Shown: positions 36,578 to 45,466 of the stretch, one piece after another
How the letters are laid out: each line of letters opens with the position of its first letter
How positions within the stretch are numbered: position 1 is the first letter of the stretch
From: a virus
Taxonomy: Duplodnaviria > Caudoviricetes
Reading direction: 5' to 3' (one strand)
DNA: 51,445 nt
Virus record (IMG/VR): IMGVR_UViG_3300020045_002964
Coordinates: 1 to 51,445 of that record
Program-made: the position numbers and the translations under genes
Notes under the pieces: generated by a model
What the model was told of the DNA's origin: nothing
The model's database searches: none
What the model saw: the letters and a program-made list of their open reading frames with translations, nothing else

Positions 36578-36934
36578 TTACTTCTGGTAAAGTTCGATGA
36601 TGCAAGTGGTGATTTCAGAAGCTGCGTCAACATACATGAACTTCATATCGTTCAATGTAGGCGGCTCATAATCCGCACCTGCTGCAACAGTTAAGAATGG
36701 ACCAGATGCGCCTTCGCTTGCTACAGTAATTGCAGCTCTATCTGTTCCAGCTGCTACTTTGCCACTAATTCTAAAGCCTACAACAAGAGATAAAATCTGA
36801 TCTGCAAGTGCAGATGATAAACCTGCTGCTACCATACCGGCTTTAACACCTGTAGATAGCAGCGCTGGTGACGCTGGAATAGTAAAAGAGAAGATGCGTG
36901 TGCGGTTGCACAGTGTAGTTGAGCGCAGTGACAT
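36578..36934 (-). CDS. Virion-module protein; paralog of 36955-37278
   Basis: GGGAGAGG RBS before ATG 36934. Confidence 0.65.
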   Translation of the reverse strand: MSLRSTTLCNRTRIFSFTIPASPALLSTGVKAGMVAAGLSSALADQILSLVVGFRISGKVAAGTDRAAITVASEGASGPFLTVAAGADYEPPTLNDMKFMYVDAASEITTCIIELYQK

Positions 36935-36954
36935 ACCTCTCCCTTGCATTGGAA

Positions 36955-37278
36955 TTAGAATTGCAGAACGATTACTGCTTGAACTGGTTTATCGCTAGCG
37001 GATACAACATACAATGTTTTCAAATCGGTTTGAGTAGTGATCTTAGCATCAACACCAGCTTTAATATATTCAAGCTGAGCCTTAACATCTTCGCCAACTA
37101 GTAATGCTGGACGATCTTTACCATCATAAAATTGACCACAAATCTTAGCACTCTTAAACCGACGAAGAGCATTGTCAGGAATTAGCTTTTCCAGTTGTAC
37201 AAATAGAGGCTTCAAATCCTTCTCATTAGTATTAACAGAAGGTAGATCAATTACAATACGCTTAGTCTGATCAATCAT
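36955..37278 (-). CDS. Virion-module protein; paralog of 36578-36934
   Basis: AGGA RBS; shared motifs. Confidence 0.65.
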   Translation of the reverse strand: MIDQTKRIVIDLPSVNTNEKDLKPLFVQLEKLIPDNALRRFKSAKICGQFYDGKDRPALLVGEDVKAQLEYIKAGVDAKITTQTDLKTLYVVSASDKPVQAVIVLQF

Positions 37279-37292
37279 ATCATATCCTAATT

Positions 37293-37324
37293 AAAGAAAC
37301 ACCCTAGTGTTTAGCTAGGGTGTT
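37293..37324 (-). terminator. Intrinsic terminator after the major capsid gene
   Basis: AACACCCTAG/CTAGGGTGTT stem followed by TCTTT on the minus strand. Confidence 0.8.
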
Positions 37325-37348
37325 CTGGTTTAGATTTTCAAGTCACGC

Positions 37349-38545
37349 TTAAGCGTTGTAGCTCTTAGCAACGTACCAAGGAGCTTTAACGTAAGCAACG
37401 CCACGTTCACTTGCACGGAATTGAGCGACTACATCGCGTTCAAAGTGAGCAGTATTACCGGCTGGTGCGGTGAGTACTTCAAGAGGGAACGTAGTTAGAT
37501 AACCGAACGCCTTCTTAAATTCACCAACATACCAGTAATCACGTGCATTAGATGCGCTGATTCCACCTAGGCGAGTTAGAACCCAATCAAACCAAGGTGA
37601 AGATACAATCTTCAATTGGCCATTGCGTGCGAGTGGGTTAGTGCCGATAGTAGTACGTGCGCCAGTGTTAGTAGCTTCACGTAGTTCAGTTGCACCTAGG
37701 ATCATTTGAGCAGTCAGTAGACGTGCTGGTGAGACTAGGATAGTATCTGGAGCTACTGCGATTGGTTCAGGGACAGTACGATCATCGGTCATATCAACGA
37801 AGAGTTGATTAACTGCATCGATATCAGTCCAATCGACTAGAGGATTTGACGCTAGCATGTTCACGCGAGGATCGCCACCACCAGTTGCAACGTAAGTATT
37901 GCGAGCAACACCCTTACGATTGAAGTTGTTAGTGACACCTAGAACAACAGAGAGAATACGCTTCTCTTTGCTGATTGCTACGCGTTCACCTACTGCACGT
38001 GCAGCGTCGATTACATCGCCAGTACGATCGAAGTGAATCATTTCGCGCGTTAAACCAATCTTCATACCGCGCTTATCTGCTTGTGGTACATCGATCCAAT
38101 CTTGACCGAACTTCACATCAGGGTATTCTTCACCTTCACGAACAACCATTGCATCATCATCAATGGGTGATAGGCCAGGAATACGAGTATTTTCACCACG
38201 ACGAGTCTGTTCGGTAACTAGTAAGCTACCAACTAATGCAGGGCTACGATAGCCTTCCATAACACCTTCGAGGATTAGCTCTCCAGTAATCATGTTAAAC
38301 GCGCTAAGGTGAACAGGGTCAACCTCTTCACGCACACGTTCAGCACCGTGATCTTGCATTAGGGCAACGACACCTTCTGCACCTAGAGTCGCTAGTGCGA
38401 TGTCTAGAACAGATACATCGTCAGTGGTCATCTTGCCACTTTCAAAGCGGCTCTTCATTTCCTTGCAGATAAGCTCTGCTGTGTGTTTAACAGCAGCAGA
38501 TTCCTTACCCTTGAAGGCACCGTTTAGGCGTAGTGGCTTTGACAT
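37349..38545 (-). CDS. Major capsid protein (HK97 fold, Mu gpT-like)
   Basis: V.EGEEYP...KRG..IGLTREMI.FD.TG; P.TILV; WYVGEFKKAF; followed by a terminator. Confidence 0.88.
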   Translation of the reverse strand: MSKPLRLNGAFKGKESAAVKHTAELICKEMKSRFESGKMTTDDVSVLDIALATLGAEGVVALMQDHGAERVREEVDPVHLSAFNMITGELILEGVMEGYRSPALVGSLLVTEQTRRGENTRIPGLSPIDDDAMVVREGEEYPDVKFGQDWIDVPQADKRGMKIGLTREMIHFDRTGDVIDAARAVGERVAISKEKRILSVVLGVTNNFNRKGVARNTYVATGGGDPRVNMLASNPLVDWTDIDAVNQLFVDMTDDRTVPEPIAVAPDTILVSPARLLTAQMILGATELREATNTGARTTIGTNPLARNGQLKIVSSPWFDWVLTRLGGISASNARDYWYVGEFKKAFGYLTTFPLEVLTAPAGNTAHFERDVVAQFRASERGVAYVKAPWYVAKSYNA

Positions 38546-38587
38546 ATATTGATCCTTTGATTTATTATGATGATGGATTGGTTACTA

Positions 38588-39085
38588 TTACGACACGTCT
38601 AGGTCGACGCCTTGAGCGCGCTTAGGCAGTGTCTTGCATAGATAACCACGAATGCGTGTAGCGCCAGCTTTAACTTCACTAACAATGGCGATAGCGGCAT
38701 TCTTTACAGCAGTCTTTTCGACAGTCTGTACTAGAGCATTACCGGCAGCTTTGTTAGGAGTAAGGAAGTCACCAGGGAGGTAATCAGCGCTAACGCAATC
38801 AAATTCAACTTCACCATCTTGGCATACAGCGATGTAATGATCGCGAGTATCAAGTGGAGTATCTTTATCACTAGCGCCGCTAGCAATACCAGCAAAGGCA
38901 GCAGCGAAGTCTAGTTGAGTTGTAGCTTCATTGGTATTCCAAGTGAAGTTTTCAACTGGGATGATATAACCAGATTCAAAAGCTACTAAGCTTCCGACTG
39001 GAATATCATTAGTCTTCACCGATGAAGTTAGCTTCACAGGGAATTGCTTAGGAATGACTGCGCCGGTGCGATGAATGTGTGCCAT
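38588..39085 (-). CDS. Head decoration/cement protein
   Basis: Between protease/scaffold and capsid genes; FAGIA...I.V...G..EF pattern. Confidence 0.65.
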   Translation of the reverse strand: MAHIHRTGAVIPKQFPVKLTSSVKTNDIPVGSLVAFESGYIIPVENFTWNTNEATTQLDFAAAFAGIASGASDKDTPLDTRDHYIAVCQDGEVEFDCVSADYLPGDFLTPNKAAGNALVQTVEKTAVKNAAIAIVSEVKAGATRIRGYLCKTLPKRAQGVDLDVS

Positions 39086-39114
39086 GGTATGGTGCCTTTA
39101 GGTAAGTTTATTTA

Positions 39115-40251
39115 TTAGTCAGCGAAGAGAGCAGCTACTTCTTCTTTGATGACTTTTTCATCTGGCTTCTTAGCTGGAGCCTTATTAGGCTTATTAACAC
39201 CTTCGTTTAGAACTGTTGATTCAGTTGTTTCGACGGTGAGTAGACCTTTACGATCTGCAACTAGAGCTTTGACTTCGTCAGTCTTATTAGCAACTACTGC
39301 TTCACGAACTGATTTAAGGAATACTGTGCTGCGCTTATCGGCTGGAATATCTTTAACAGCCTCCGTGACCTTTTCATTAATCTGATTCTCTGCGCTAATT
39401 GCAGCTGATTCAACAGCTTGAATTAGCTCAGGGCGATTCTTCTTAAGGTCTTCTAGAGTGATGTCTTTGTATTCCATGACAGCTTCCTTTTTAGTTGAAC
39501 TTAGCGCGTTTAGTTCCTTAACTAAATCCTTCGCTATGGTTGCGCATGATACGGCCTTCTCTGCATCGGTCAACACCTTCTTTTGAGTTTCTGAATAAGA
39601 AGGGTATAATACACGCCACATCATGCTTTGTGCAGTATCGATTAAACGCTGTAACTTACGCTGTTCATCTTCGACTTTAATTGAATCGGCGAGGACGCCT
39701 TCTTTAAACATAGCTTCTGTAGTATTGCCATTAACGACAATATCTACCGAATGAACTTTAGTAATCTTGCTGATTTGATTAGTAGCAGCTTCATAACGTA
39801 GTTCAGCTACGTGACTCATCATAATAGCAGAAGGATCTTTATCTACCCAGAAGCGTGTAGCTTCATAGTATGGATGGCCAGTATTGAACTGAATATCACC
39901 TACTGCGCCTACACCTTCTTTATACTTACCTGCGATAAGAATACCAATCTTATCTTGAGGATCACGCGGGATTTCATTACCACTAGCATCTTCTTTAGCA
40001 TGACCAAGGTAAATAGGAACACCATCGTAAAGCTTACCATCTGCTGCTTCTTTAATAGCAGATTCTTTATAGGTGTAAGGTTTCTTACTACCCTTAGCAC
40101 GATTAGCCTTACCAATAAGACCGATAAGATGTACGTCTTTAAGTACGCCTTCTTTACTGATCTTAGAAGTAGTAGATAGTTGAGCGCGTTCGCTAAAGCG
40201 AACATCAGCATCAACTTCTTTATCAAGCTCGATTGTGAGGCTCATAATCAT
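39115..40251 (-). CDS. Prohead protease/scaffold fusion
   Basis: LYDGVPIYLGH...MSH...VHSVDIV protease-like N-terminus; ITLEDLKKNRPEL scaffold-like C-terminus. Confidence 0.75.
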   Translation of the reverse strand: MIMSLTIELDKEVDADVRFSERAQLSTTSKISKEGVLKDVHLIGLIGKANRAKGSKKPYTYKESAIKEAADGKLYDGVPIYLGHAKEDASGNEIPRDPQDKIGILIAGKYKEGVGAVGDIQFNTGHPYYEATRFWVDKDPSAIMMSHVAELRYEAATNQISKITKVHSVDIVVNGNTTEAMFKEGVLADSIKVEDEQRKLQRLIDTAQSMMWRVLYPSYSETQKKVLTDAEKAVSCATIAKDLVKELNALSSTKKEAVMEYKDITLEDLKKNRPELIQAVESAAISAENQINEKVTEAVKDIPADKRSTVFLKSVREAVVANKTDEVKALVADRKGLLTVETTESTVLNEGVNKPNKAPAKKPDEKVIKEEVAALFAD

Positions 40252-40579
40252 TGCTTCCTGGTAATGGTGTTCTTGGTATCTCTATACCGCGTTCTTTTAA
40301 AAAAGCTTCAACTACGGCTGTATTGCGAACTAGTGCACCCATCATTTGTTGTTGATGACGGTTCTCTAGTTGCTGTATGCGTGCAATACAATCACTCTCA
40401 CGCTTTTCAGCTTTACGTTCTCTTTCTTCTTCACGCTTTATGCGTGCAGCTTCCATTAATTTATTATCTCTACGAGTAGACCAATCTGTATACAAGCAGT
40501 AGAAAGCGAATGCGCCTAATACACCAGCTTGTAATAGTGGTTCTGAGATAATTGTAGCAATGCTAGCTGCGTCAGCCAT
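40223..40579 (-). CDS. Holin-like membrane protein
   Basis: One N-terminal TM (LLQAGVLGAFAFYCLY) followed by a charged coiled coil. Confidence 0.55.
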   Translation of the reverse strand: MADAASIATIISEPLLQAGVLGAFAFYCLYTDWSTRRDNKLMEAARIKREEERERKAEKRESDCIARIQQLENRHQQQMMGALVRNTAVVEAFLKERGIEIPRTPLPGSNDYEPHNRA

Positions 40580-40581
40580 TG

Positions 40582-42180
40582 TTATACCTTAGTGTTTCCA
40601 CCGTCTGCGTTATCACCTTTAGTGCCTTTTTTCTTATCGTCAAGGCCATTAGTTGTAGTTGCGCCTAATGAACCTGGAGGGACCTCGCCCGGCTGTAGAC
40701 TCTCCAAATGACGAATAGTATTAGTGCGTTCAATAGCATATTTAGCTCCGAAACGACGTGCAATTGTTTGTGGTGATAAAGCACCAGACGCTTGTAGGAT
40801 TTGTACAACGCGTGCTTCATCAAGCACCTTACCTACTGCTAAGCGTGGTCCTTCAATAATAAGTTCATACTCTAGTTTCATTTTAACTGTATCTACACCC
40901 ATCATCTCTTGCACTAACCAGAATGCTTTTTCTACGTAAGCGTAGAATGTGCCTTGTTCGCGCCTAAAATTCATCACTGTAGGTGAGCCAGGAGATAATG
41001 GTTCTGTTGGTTCTTTAGCAAGTAACCAATCAACAGGTAATACGAAACGACATGCAATCTTTGATAAGTCTTGTAATGCGCCAGCAATGAAGCCTTCTGG
41101 CTTAACACCAACAGAAGGCATTTCATAATCCATCATCTCATTTGTATCAACAATCATACCTTGTCTAAAGTTTTGTGCTACAACTGTCTTACCAGTAACA
41201 GTGCTACGATGATTCATCCCATCTGACTTATTCTGCACAAACTTAGTGATACGTGGTTGAGTTGAACCCTTATGTTTACGAATAAGAGCAATGGCTGATT
41301 GAATTTGAATAAGAACAGAAGTGTTTAATACGATCTTCTCAACACGACGAATGTTCTTTAACACCGGCCAGAAGTCTGGTAGCCCACGTGGATGCTCGTA
41401 ATCAGTATTACGCTTGATAAAGATTACTTTATCTGCTGGAATTTCTTTAGGTTTACGAGTAGCCTTAGTTGTTATATCGTTATCATTTGGCGTATTGTAG
41501 TAATACGTTTTAACTTTTTCAATATCGTTAGGGTCAGTCTCAACACCATAGCGTTGTGCGTATGGTGAAGCGCCTGCATAGTTGCCATCAATTAAAGATA
41601 CTTCCATGAAGCGAACGTCTGGTGCTTCATTAAGACCCTTTTTAAAGAAGCGCCAAGCACACTCACCATCACGCATTGCTTTTTCTAATGAGTTCAACAA
41701 CCGACCATTGAAATCATTCTTAGTTTCAAAAGATTCCCAATTAACAATCATTGTTTTGATGTTACTATCTTCGGTTGCTTTAGCTTCTTTAACTGGATCT
41801 TTACCAAGATCCTTCTTTACCAATTCATAAATTAAACCATCGCCAATAACATGGTTACCATATTGACGAATGATGTTTTGAAAGATGTCATTAGAGATAA
41901 GAGCACGACAGTTTTCACGTACTTCTCTTAACTGCCCTAGATCAAAGTTAAAAGTACGGCTACCGTTAATACCAATAGGTAGCCACTCATCAAAGTTTTC
42001 ATCGCCGTTACCAATAGTAGAACCAGAAGCTGTATTGGGTGCTTCCTTAACACGAAAAAATACTTCATCATTACTATCAATACAGATTTCCTTAGCACCT
42101 TCAACACAGAAGGCGAGCAATTGATTTAGCTTCAACTCTAAAACGTCTAACTGTTTGTCTTTTGCGGTAGGTTCTGACAT
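40582..42180 (-). CDS. Portal protein
   Basis: 532 aa after terminase; RDGE.., YGVE.D, RGLPDF (lambda-like portal pattern). Confidence 0.85.
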   Translation of the reverse strand: MSEPTAKDKQLDVLELKLNQLLAFCVEGAKEICIDSNDEVFFRVKEAPNTASGSTIGNGDENFDEWLPIGINGSRTFNFDLGQLREVRENCRALISNDIFQNIIRQYGNHVIGDGLIYELVKKDLGKDPVKEAKATEDSNIKTMIVNWESFETKNDFNGRLLNSLEKAMRDGECAWRFFKKGLNEAPDVRFMEVSLIDGNYAGASPYAQRYGVETDPNDIEKVKTYYYNTPNDNDITTKATRKPKEIPADKVIFIKRNTDYEHPRGLPDFWPVLKNIRRVEKIVLNTSVLIQIQSAIALIRKHKGSTQPRITKFVQNKSDGMNHRSTVTGKTVVAQNFRQGMIVDTNEMMDYEMPSVGVKPEGFIAGALQDLSKIACRFVLPVDWLLAKEPTEPLSPGSPTVMNFRREQGTFYAYVEKAFWLVQEMMGVDTVKMKLEYELIIEGPRLAVGKVLDEARVVQILQASGALSPQTIARRFGAKYAIERTNTIRHLESLQPGEVPPGSLGATTTNGLDDKKKGTKGDNADGGNTKV

Positions 42181-42632
42181 ACTTCCACTATGTTTCTTGC
42201 AGCGGGTGTGAGGTCTTCTTTATCTTTATGCACGAATTGCTTAATAGTATCGAAGTTAACTATTAAGTACCAAATCAATCCTGCAATACCAATAACAACA
42301 GCCCCCATTATAATGAATGGAATATATGGGCGCATAACAGCGAATGTTACACCCATAGCTAGCATTGTCACTGCAAATACAATACCAGTTACAGCCCATT
42401 TCTTAAGCGATGGGATCTGTACTGTGAAAATAATAGCCATACATGCAGCTATGATAACAACACTCATGATGTTACCCCACATAAATAACGCGCTTAAGCC
42501 ATCAGCCCATGCATCGTTACTAAATGGATTCGTCTTAGGCGTTGGAGGTAATGGTGGAAGCCCAAACAAACTACGAATGCTCCAACATCCAGGCAAACAC
42601 AATAATGCGGCGAACAATGTTAATTGCCGCAT
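42147..42632 (-). CDS. Membrane protein with lipoprotein-like signal (LPGC)
   Basis: MRQLTLFAALLCLPGC followed by ~3 hydrophobic helices; AGGAG RBS. Confidence 0.7.
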   Translation of the reverse strand: MRQLTLFAALLCLPGCWSIRSLFGLPPLPPTPKTNPFSNDAWADGLSALFMWGNIMSVVIIAACMAIIFTVQIPSLKKWAVTGIVFAVTMLAMGVTFAVMRPYIPFIIMGAVVIGIAGLIWYLIVNFDTIKQFVHKDKEDLTPAARNIVEVCQNLPQKTNS

Positions 42633-44218
42633 AGGTTATCTCCTAGACCGTCATCATACTCTTCATCTGACGAGTCTTCGTGCCCATTATCCAAACCGGT
42701 AACTTCTGTCAACAGTCTAGTTAAACCTTCTAACGCATCACTAGCATCATCATGGTCTGCAAATGGATGATCCATTAGCTGTTGAATAAGTATCTTTGTA
42801 TATGGGCAGTTACGTTTGAACCTATAAAACCTACGCTTTAACCAAATAGACAGACGACTAATGCGTGTTTCTTTACGTACACCATAGTGTTCTACTTCAA
42901 CGACAGGTAATACAATACCTTGTTCTTGAGTTTTAGCGAAAAGTTCTTCGCTTAGTAGTTGTTGGAACCCGTTTGTTTCAATACCAAAGTAATCGAAGTG
43001 AACGTCTTTATGCTTCTTAATAATTGTATCAGTCAGAAGAGTTACTGGTATCTTACGAACATCACATTCAAGGTAGAAACATCTATGTTCTGGTACATAG
43101 TACCCAGTTAAAATAGGTGAATAGTCGCGTGACTTAGCTTTCTTACCTGTGCTTGGATCGTTATACCCAATAGTCCACTTATCTATATTAGTTGGTAGCT
43201 CATCATACCAAACATCTTCACCGGTGAACCATTCTGCATCGAACTCACTTAGCGCAGGGTCGCGCGGGTTATTCATCTTTTCAGCGTCGAATGCTGAGTG
43301 CCCTGTTGCGCGCATGCACATTAGTTCATATAAAGATTCTTTCTCAGGCCATAATACTTTAGCGCCTTCATCCATTGCAGCTTTATTATCATTATAGAAC
43401 TGTAATGGGATTAACTTTTCAGTTTCTGTTAGGCTACTAAGATATAGCTGTTCCCACTTATCCCACAATTCCATGTTTGTAGGCCATGTTTCAATAGCTT
43501 TGAAACGAATAGCTTTAAACTGTGGGTTACGCGAGCACCAACCTACCATTGATGATACGTGTAGATCGTTTCCTACGACGAATACGTTTGTACCTTTATC
43601 ACCTACAGGCAGAAGTGATCGTTCTAACCATGATATGTCGTCGCTTCTAATGGTTGGTGACTTAACATCGTCAGTTTCTTGCGGATCGTCCAGAATGATG
43701 AGTGTTGGTCGATACTGCTTATACTTTCTACCACGTACACCGGAACCTTTACCATAAATTTCACAACAAACATCATTTCCAGTTTCAATTCGTTCTTCAT
43801 TCCACTTATCGCCATGCTGACAGGCGGTAGGATAGTCTTGTCTGATAGCTTCGTTCTCGTCTAGCTCCTTTTTAATATCGTTAAGGTACTTACTAGCTAG
43901 CTTTTCGTTCTTGGAGCCAATGATAATGTAGCGTTCATTACCTTCACAGATAGATTTGAGGGCTTTTAGGAACGTAGTGAGCGTCGATTTCGCATAGCCA
44001 CGTGGAATAATAACCACAACCTTTTGGTCGCGATCATGTATGAGCCTATCTAATTCGTTAGCTAATATGAAATGAAACTCTGCTGATGGTCTACTAAAGT
44101 AGTGGGGTACATAGTATTTACCCCATTCAATAAGGCCCATCTGCCGTTTTGTTAGAACAGCTTGCTTCTCTCTAGCTTTCGCTATGAGCCTATCAACTAT
44201 TGGGGTTTGAAAGGCCAT
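42620..44218 (-). CDS. terL: Terminase large subunit
   Basis: IPRGYAKST (Walker A), LIILDDP (Walker B), YNDPS..DYS, HDDASDAL nuclease motifs. Confidence 0.95.
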   Translation of the reverse strand: MAFQTPIVDRLIAKAREKQAVLTKRQMGLIEWGKYYVPHYFSRPSAEFHFILANELDRLIHDRDQKVVVIIPRGYAKSTLTTFLKALKSICEGNERYIIIGSKNEKLASKYLNDIKKELDENEAIRQDYPTACQHGDKWNEERIETGNDVCCEIYGKGSGVRGRKYKQYRPTLIILDDPQETDDVKSPTIRSDDISWLERSLLPVGDKGTNVFVVGNDLHVSSMVGWCSRNPQFKAIRFKAIETWPTNMELWDKWEQLYLSSLTETEKLIPLQFYNDNKAAMDEGAKVLWPEKESLYELMCMRATGHSAFDAEKMNNPRDPALSEFDAEWFTGEDVWYDELPTNIDKWTIGYNDPSTGKKAKSRDYSPILTGYYVPEHRCFYLECDVRKIPVTLLTDTIIKKHKDVHFDYFGIETNGFQQLLSEELFAKTQEQGIVLPVVEVEHYGVRKETRISRLSIWLKRRFYRFKRNCPYTKILIQQLMDHPFADHDDASDALEGLTRLLTEVTGLDNGHEDSSDEEYDDGLGDNLCGN

Positions 44219-45041
44219 GCTTTTTCTTCAATTCTGCGAGTTCGTCTGGTGGCAGAAGATGACCGTGCTCTTGAATGAGCGTTCGCATCTGTATATTTTC
44301 TTCTTCGACTTCAACTGTTTGCTCAACACCATTAATTTCTATCTTTGTACCTATCTCGATTGGTTCATCTGGCTCTGGTTCTTGCATCATCATCTGTTGG
44401 ATGCGCTTAGCGAACTCTTCTAAACGGTTTGGATCAATATATTCAGCGGATGCGTCGATTACTTTAGACAGAAGGTTATCAATGTACTCTGGCGTAATCT
44501 TATTCATGCTCGAAATCGTCTCAATCATCTGACGAATCTTATCACATAGCACTGTAGCTGCTTGAATCCCTTGCATACCCATCTGGCCATTAGATGCAGT
44601 GCATAGGTTCACTACTTGCGTCATTAATGTGCGCAACATAGCCAGTTCACTATCAAGTTGAAGCTTTTTAGGATCCGTTTTAAACTTATTAAACGTATCC
44701 CTAATGTCTTTCGACTTAAAGTGCTGTGTGTAATTAACGACTCTTACTGCATGATTCATACATATACCGCCCGATGAGTAGTTTCTACATCTAACTCCGT
44801 CAAATTGCATAAACATACAGCGACGTTTACCATCTAAACCAATCTCCGGTAAGATAGGCAAGCATCTTTTTAAAAGATATCGCCCTCTGTTCCAACCTAA
44901 CACCGCGATTAGATGTGCTGCTGACAATAACGATGGGGTTGGCGCATGTTTTAGCTTTAGTACTTCTGTACTTAGCAGCCATTTGTTTAGGATTGGTAGC
45001 CAATCCCCACCATGGAGTTTCGTACATATGCCTTCCTTCAT
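44193..45041 (-). CDS. Probable terminase small subunit with a Cys/His Zn-binding motif
   Basis: Directly upstream of terL; RC......GVRC.......C..H; L.LDSELAMLR helical segment. Confidence 0.6.
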   Translation of the reverse strand: MKEGICTKLHGGDWLPILNKWLLSTEVLKLKHAPTPSLLSAAHLIAVLGWNRGRYLLKRCLPILPEIGLDGKRRCMFMQFDGVRCRNYSSGGICMNHAVRVVNYTQHFKSKDIRDTFNKFKTDPKKLQLDSELAMLRTLMTQVVNLCTASNGQMGMQGIQAATVLCDKIRQMIETISSMNKITPEYIDNLLSKVIDASAEYIDPNRLEEFAKRIQQMMMQEPEPDEPIEIGTKIEINGVEQTVEVEEENIQMRTLIQEHGHLLPPDELAELKKKHGLSNPNS

Positions 45042-45047
45042 GCCTTC

Positions 45048-45075
45048 AATATAAGCCGTTGACGGCTGTAGTCAA
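45048..45075 (-). promoter_or_regulatory. Promoter TTGACT-N16-TATATT for the morphogenesis arm (leaderless)
   Basis: -10 ends 6 nt before ATG 45041. Confidence 0.65.
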
Positions 45076-45086
45076 GGCTGTATAAT
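45059..45086 (+). promoter_or_regulatory. Promoter TTGACG-N16-TATAAT (divergent, overlapping the minus-strand promoter)
   Basis: -10 ends 7 nt before ATG 45094. Confidence 0.75.
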
Positions 45087-45093
45087 GACAGTT

Positions 45094-45429
45094 ATGGGTC
45101 GAGTTGTAAACAATATCTACGGATCAACTGATAATCATGCGTCAATGACGCTTGAAATCATCAGTGCTGGCCTATATCAAATAGAGATATTGTTTGATGC
45201 AGAGAAGTATGAGTACTTACGTAAGTTTAACTGGTGCTTTGAAGCGACAAAAGGGTTAGTCTATTGTATGGACTTAAGCATGGAGACGCCTACTAAGATG
45301 GGGCATAAAACTCCACGCATTTACCTACGGAATTACCTACAATATTTGGATGGTAATTGGGCTAACGGTAAACCTAAGAGTAATTGGCCGAACAAAGATT
45401 TAACAGATTATCGACTGTCGACAAAATAA
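45094..45429 (+). CDS. Degenerate HNH-endonuclease-like protein (N-terminal module only)
   Basis: ILFDAEKYEYLRKFNW...G.VY...IYLRNYL...DLTDYRLS; no His-Asn-His. Confidence 0.55.
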   Translation: MGRVVNNIYGSTDNHASMTLEIISAGLYQIEILFDAEKYEYLRKFNWCFEATKGLVYCMDLSMETPTKMGHKTPRIYLRNYLQYLDGNWANGKPKSNWPNKDLTDYRLSTK

Positions 45430-45432
45430 TAC

Positions 45433-45460
45433 TTGACTTTCGTGAAAGGGCTGGTATAAT
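45433..45460 (+). promoter_or_regulatory. Promoter TTGACT-N16-TATAAT (TGn extended -10), leaderless
   Basis: -10 ends 6 nt before ATG 45467; no SD. Confidence 0.8.
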
Positions 45461-45466
45461 GGAACC

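Noticed and set aside
42190-42702. 170-aa + strand ORF and other antisense ORFs across the structural arm (e.g. 31962, 32676, 39811, 43473)
   Set aside because: Shadow frames of well-supported minus-strand genes
13649-44218. Stop-codon reassignment, introns or inteins in core genes
   Set aside because: Core genes are full-length in code 11, all three stop codons end genes, and no intein-sized insertions or splice motifs were seen
44827-45027. 66-aa minus-strand ORF with an AAGGAAGG upstream, nested in terS
   Set aside because: Out of frame within the longer terS-like ORF and no recognisable features; cannot be fully excluded without ribosome profiling
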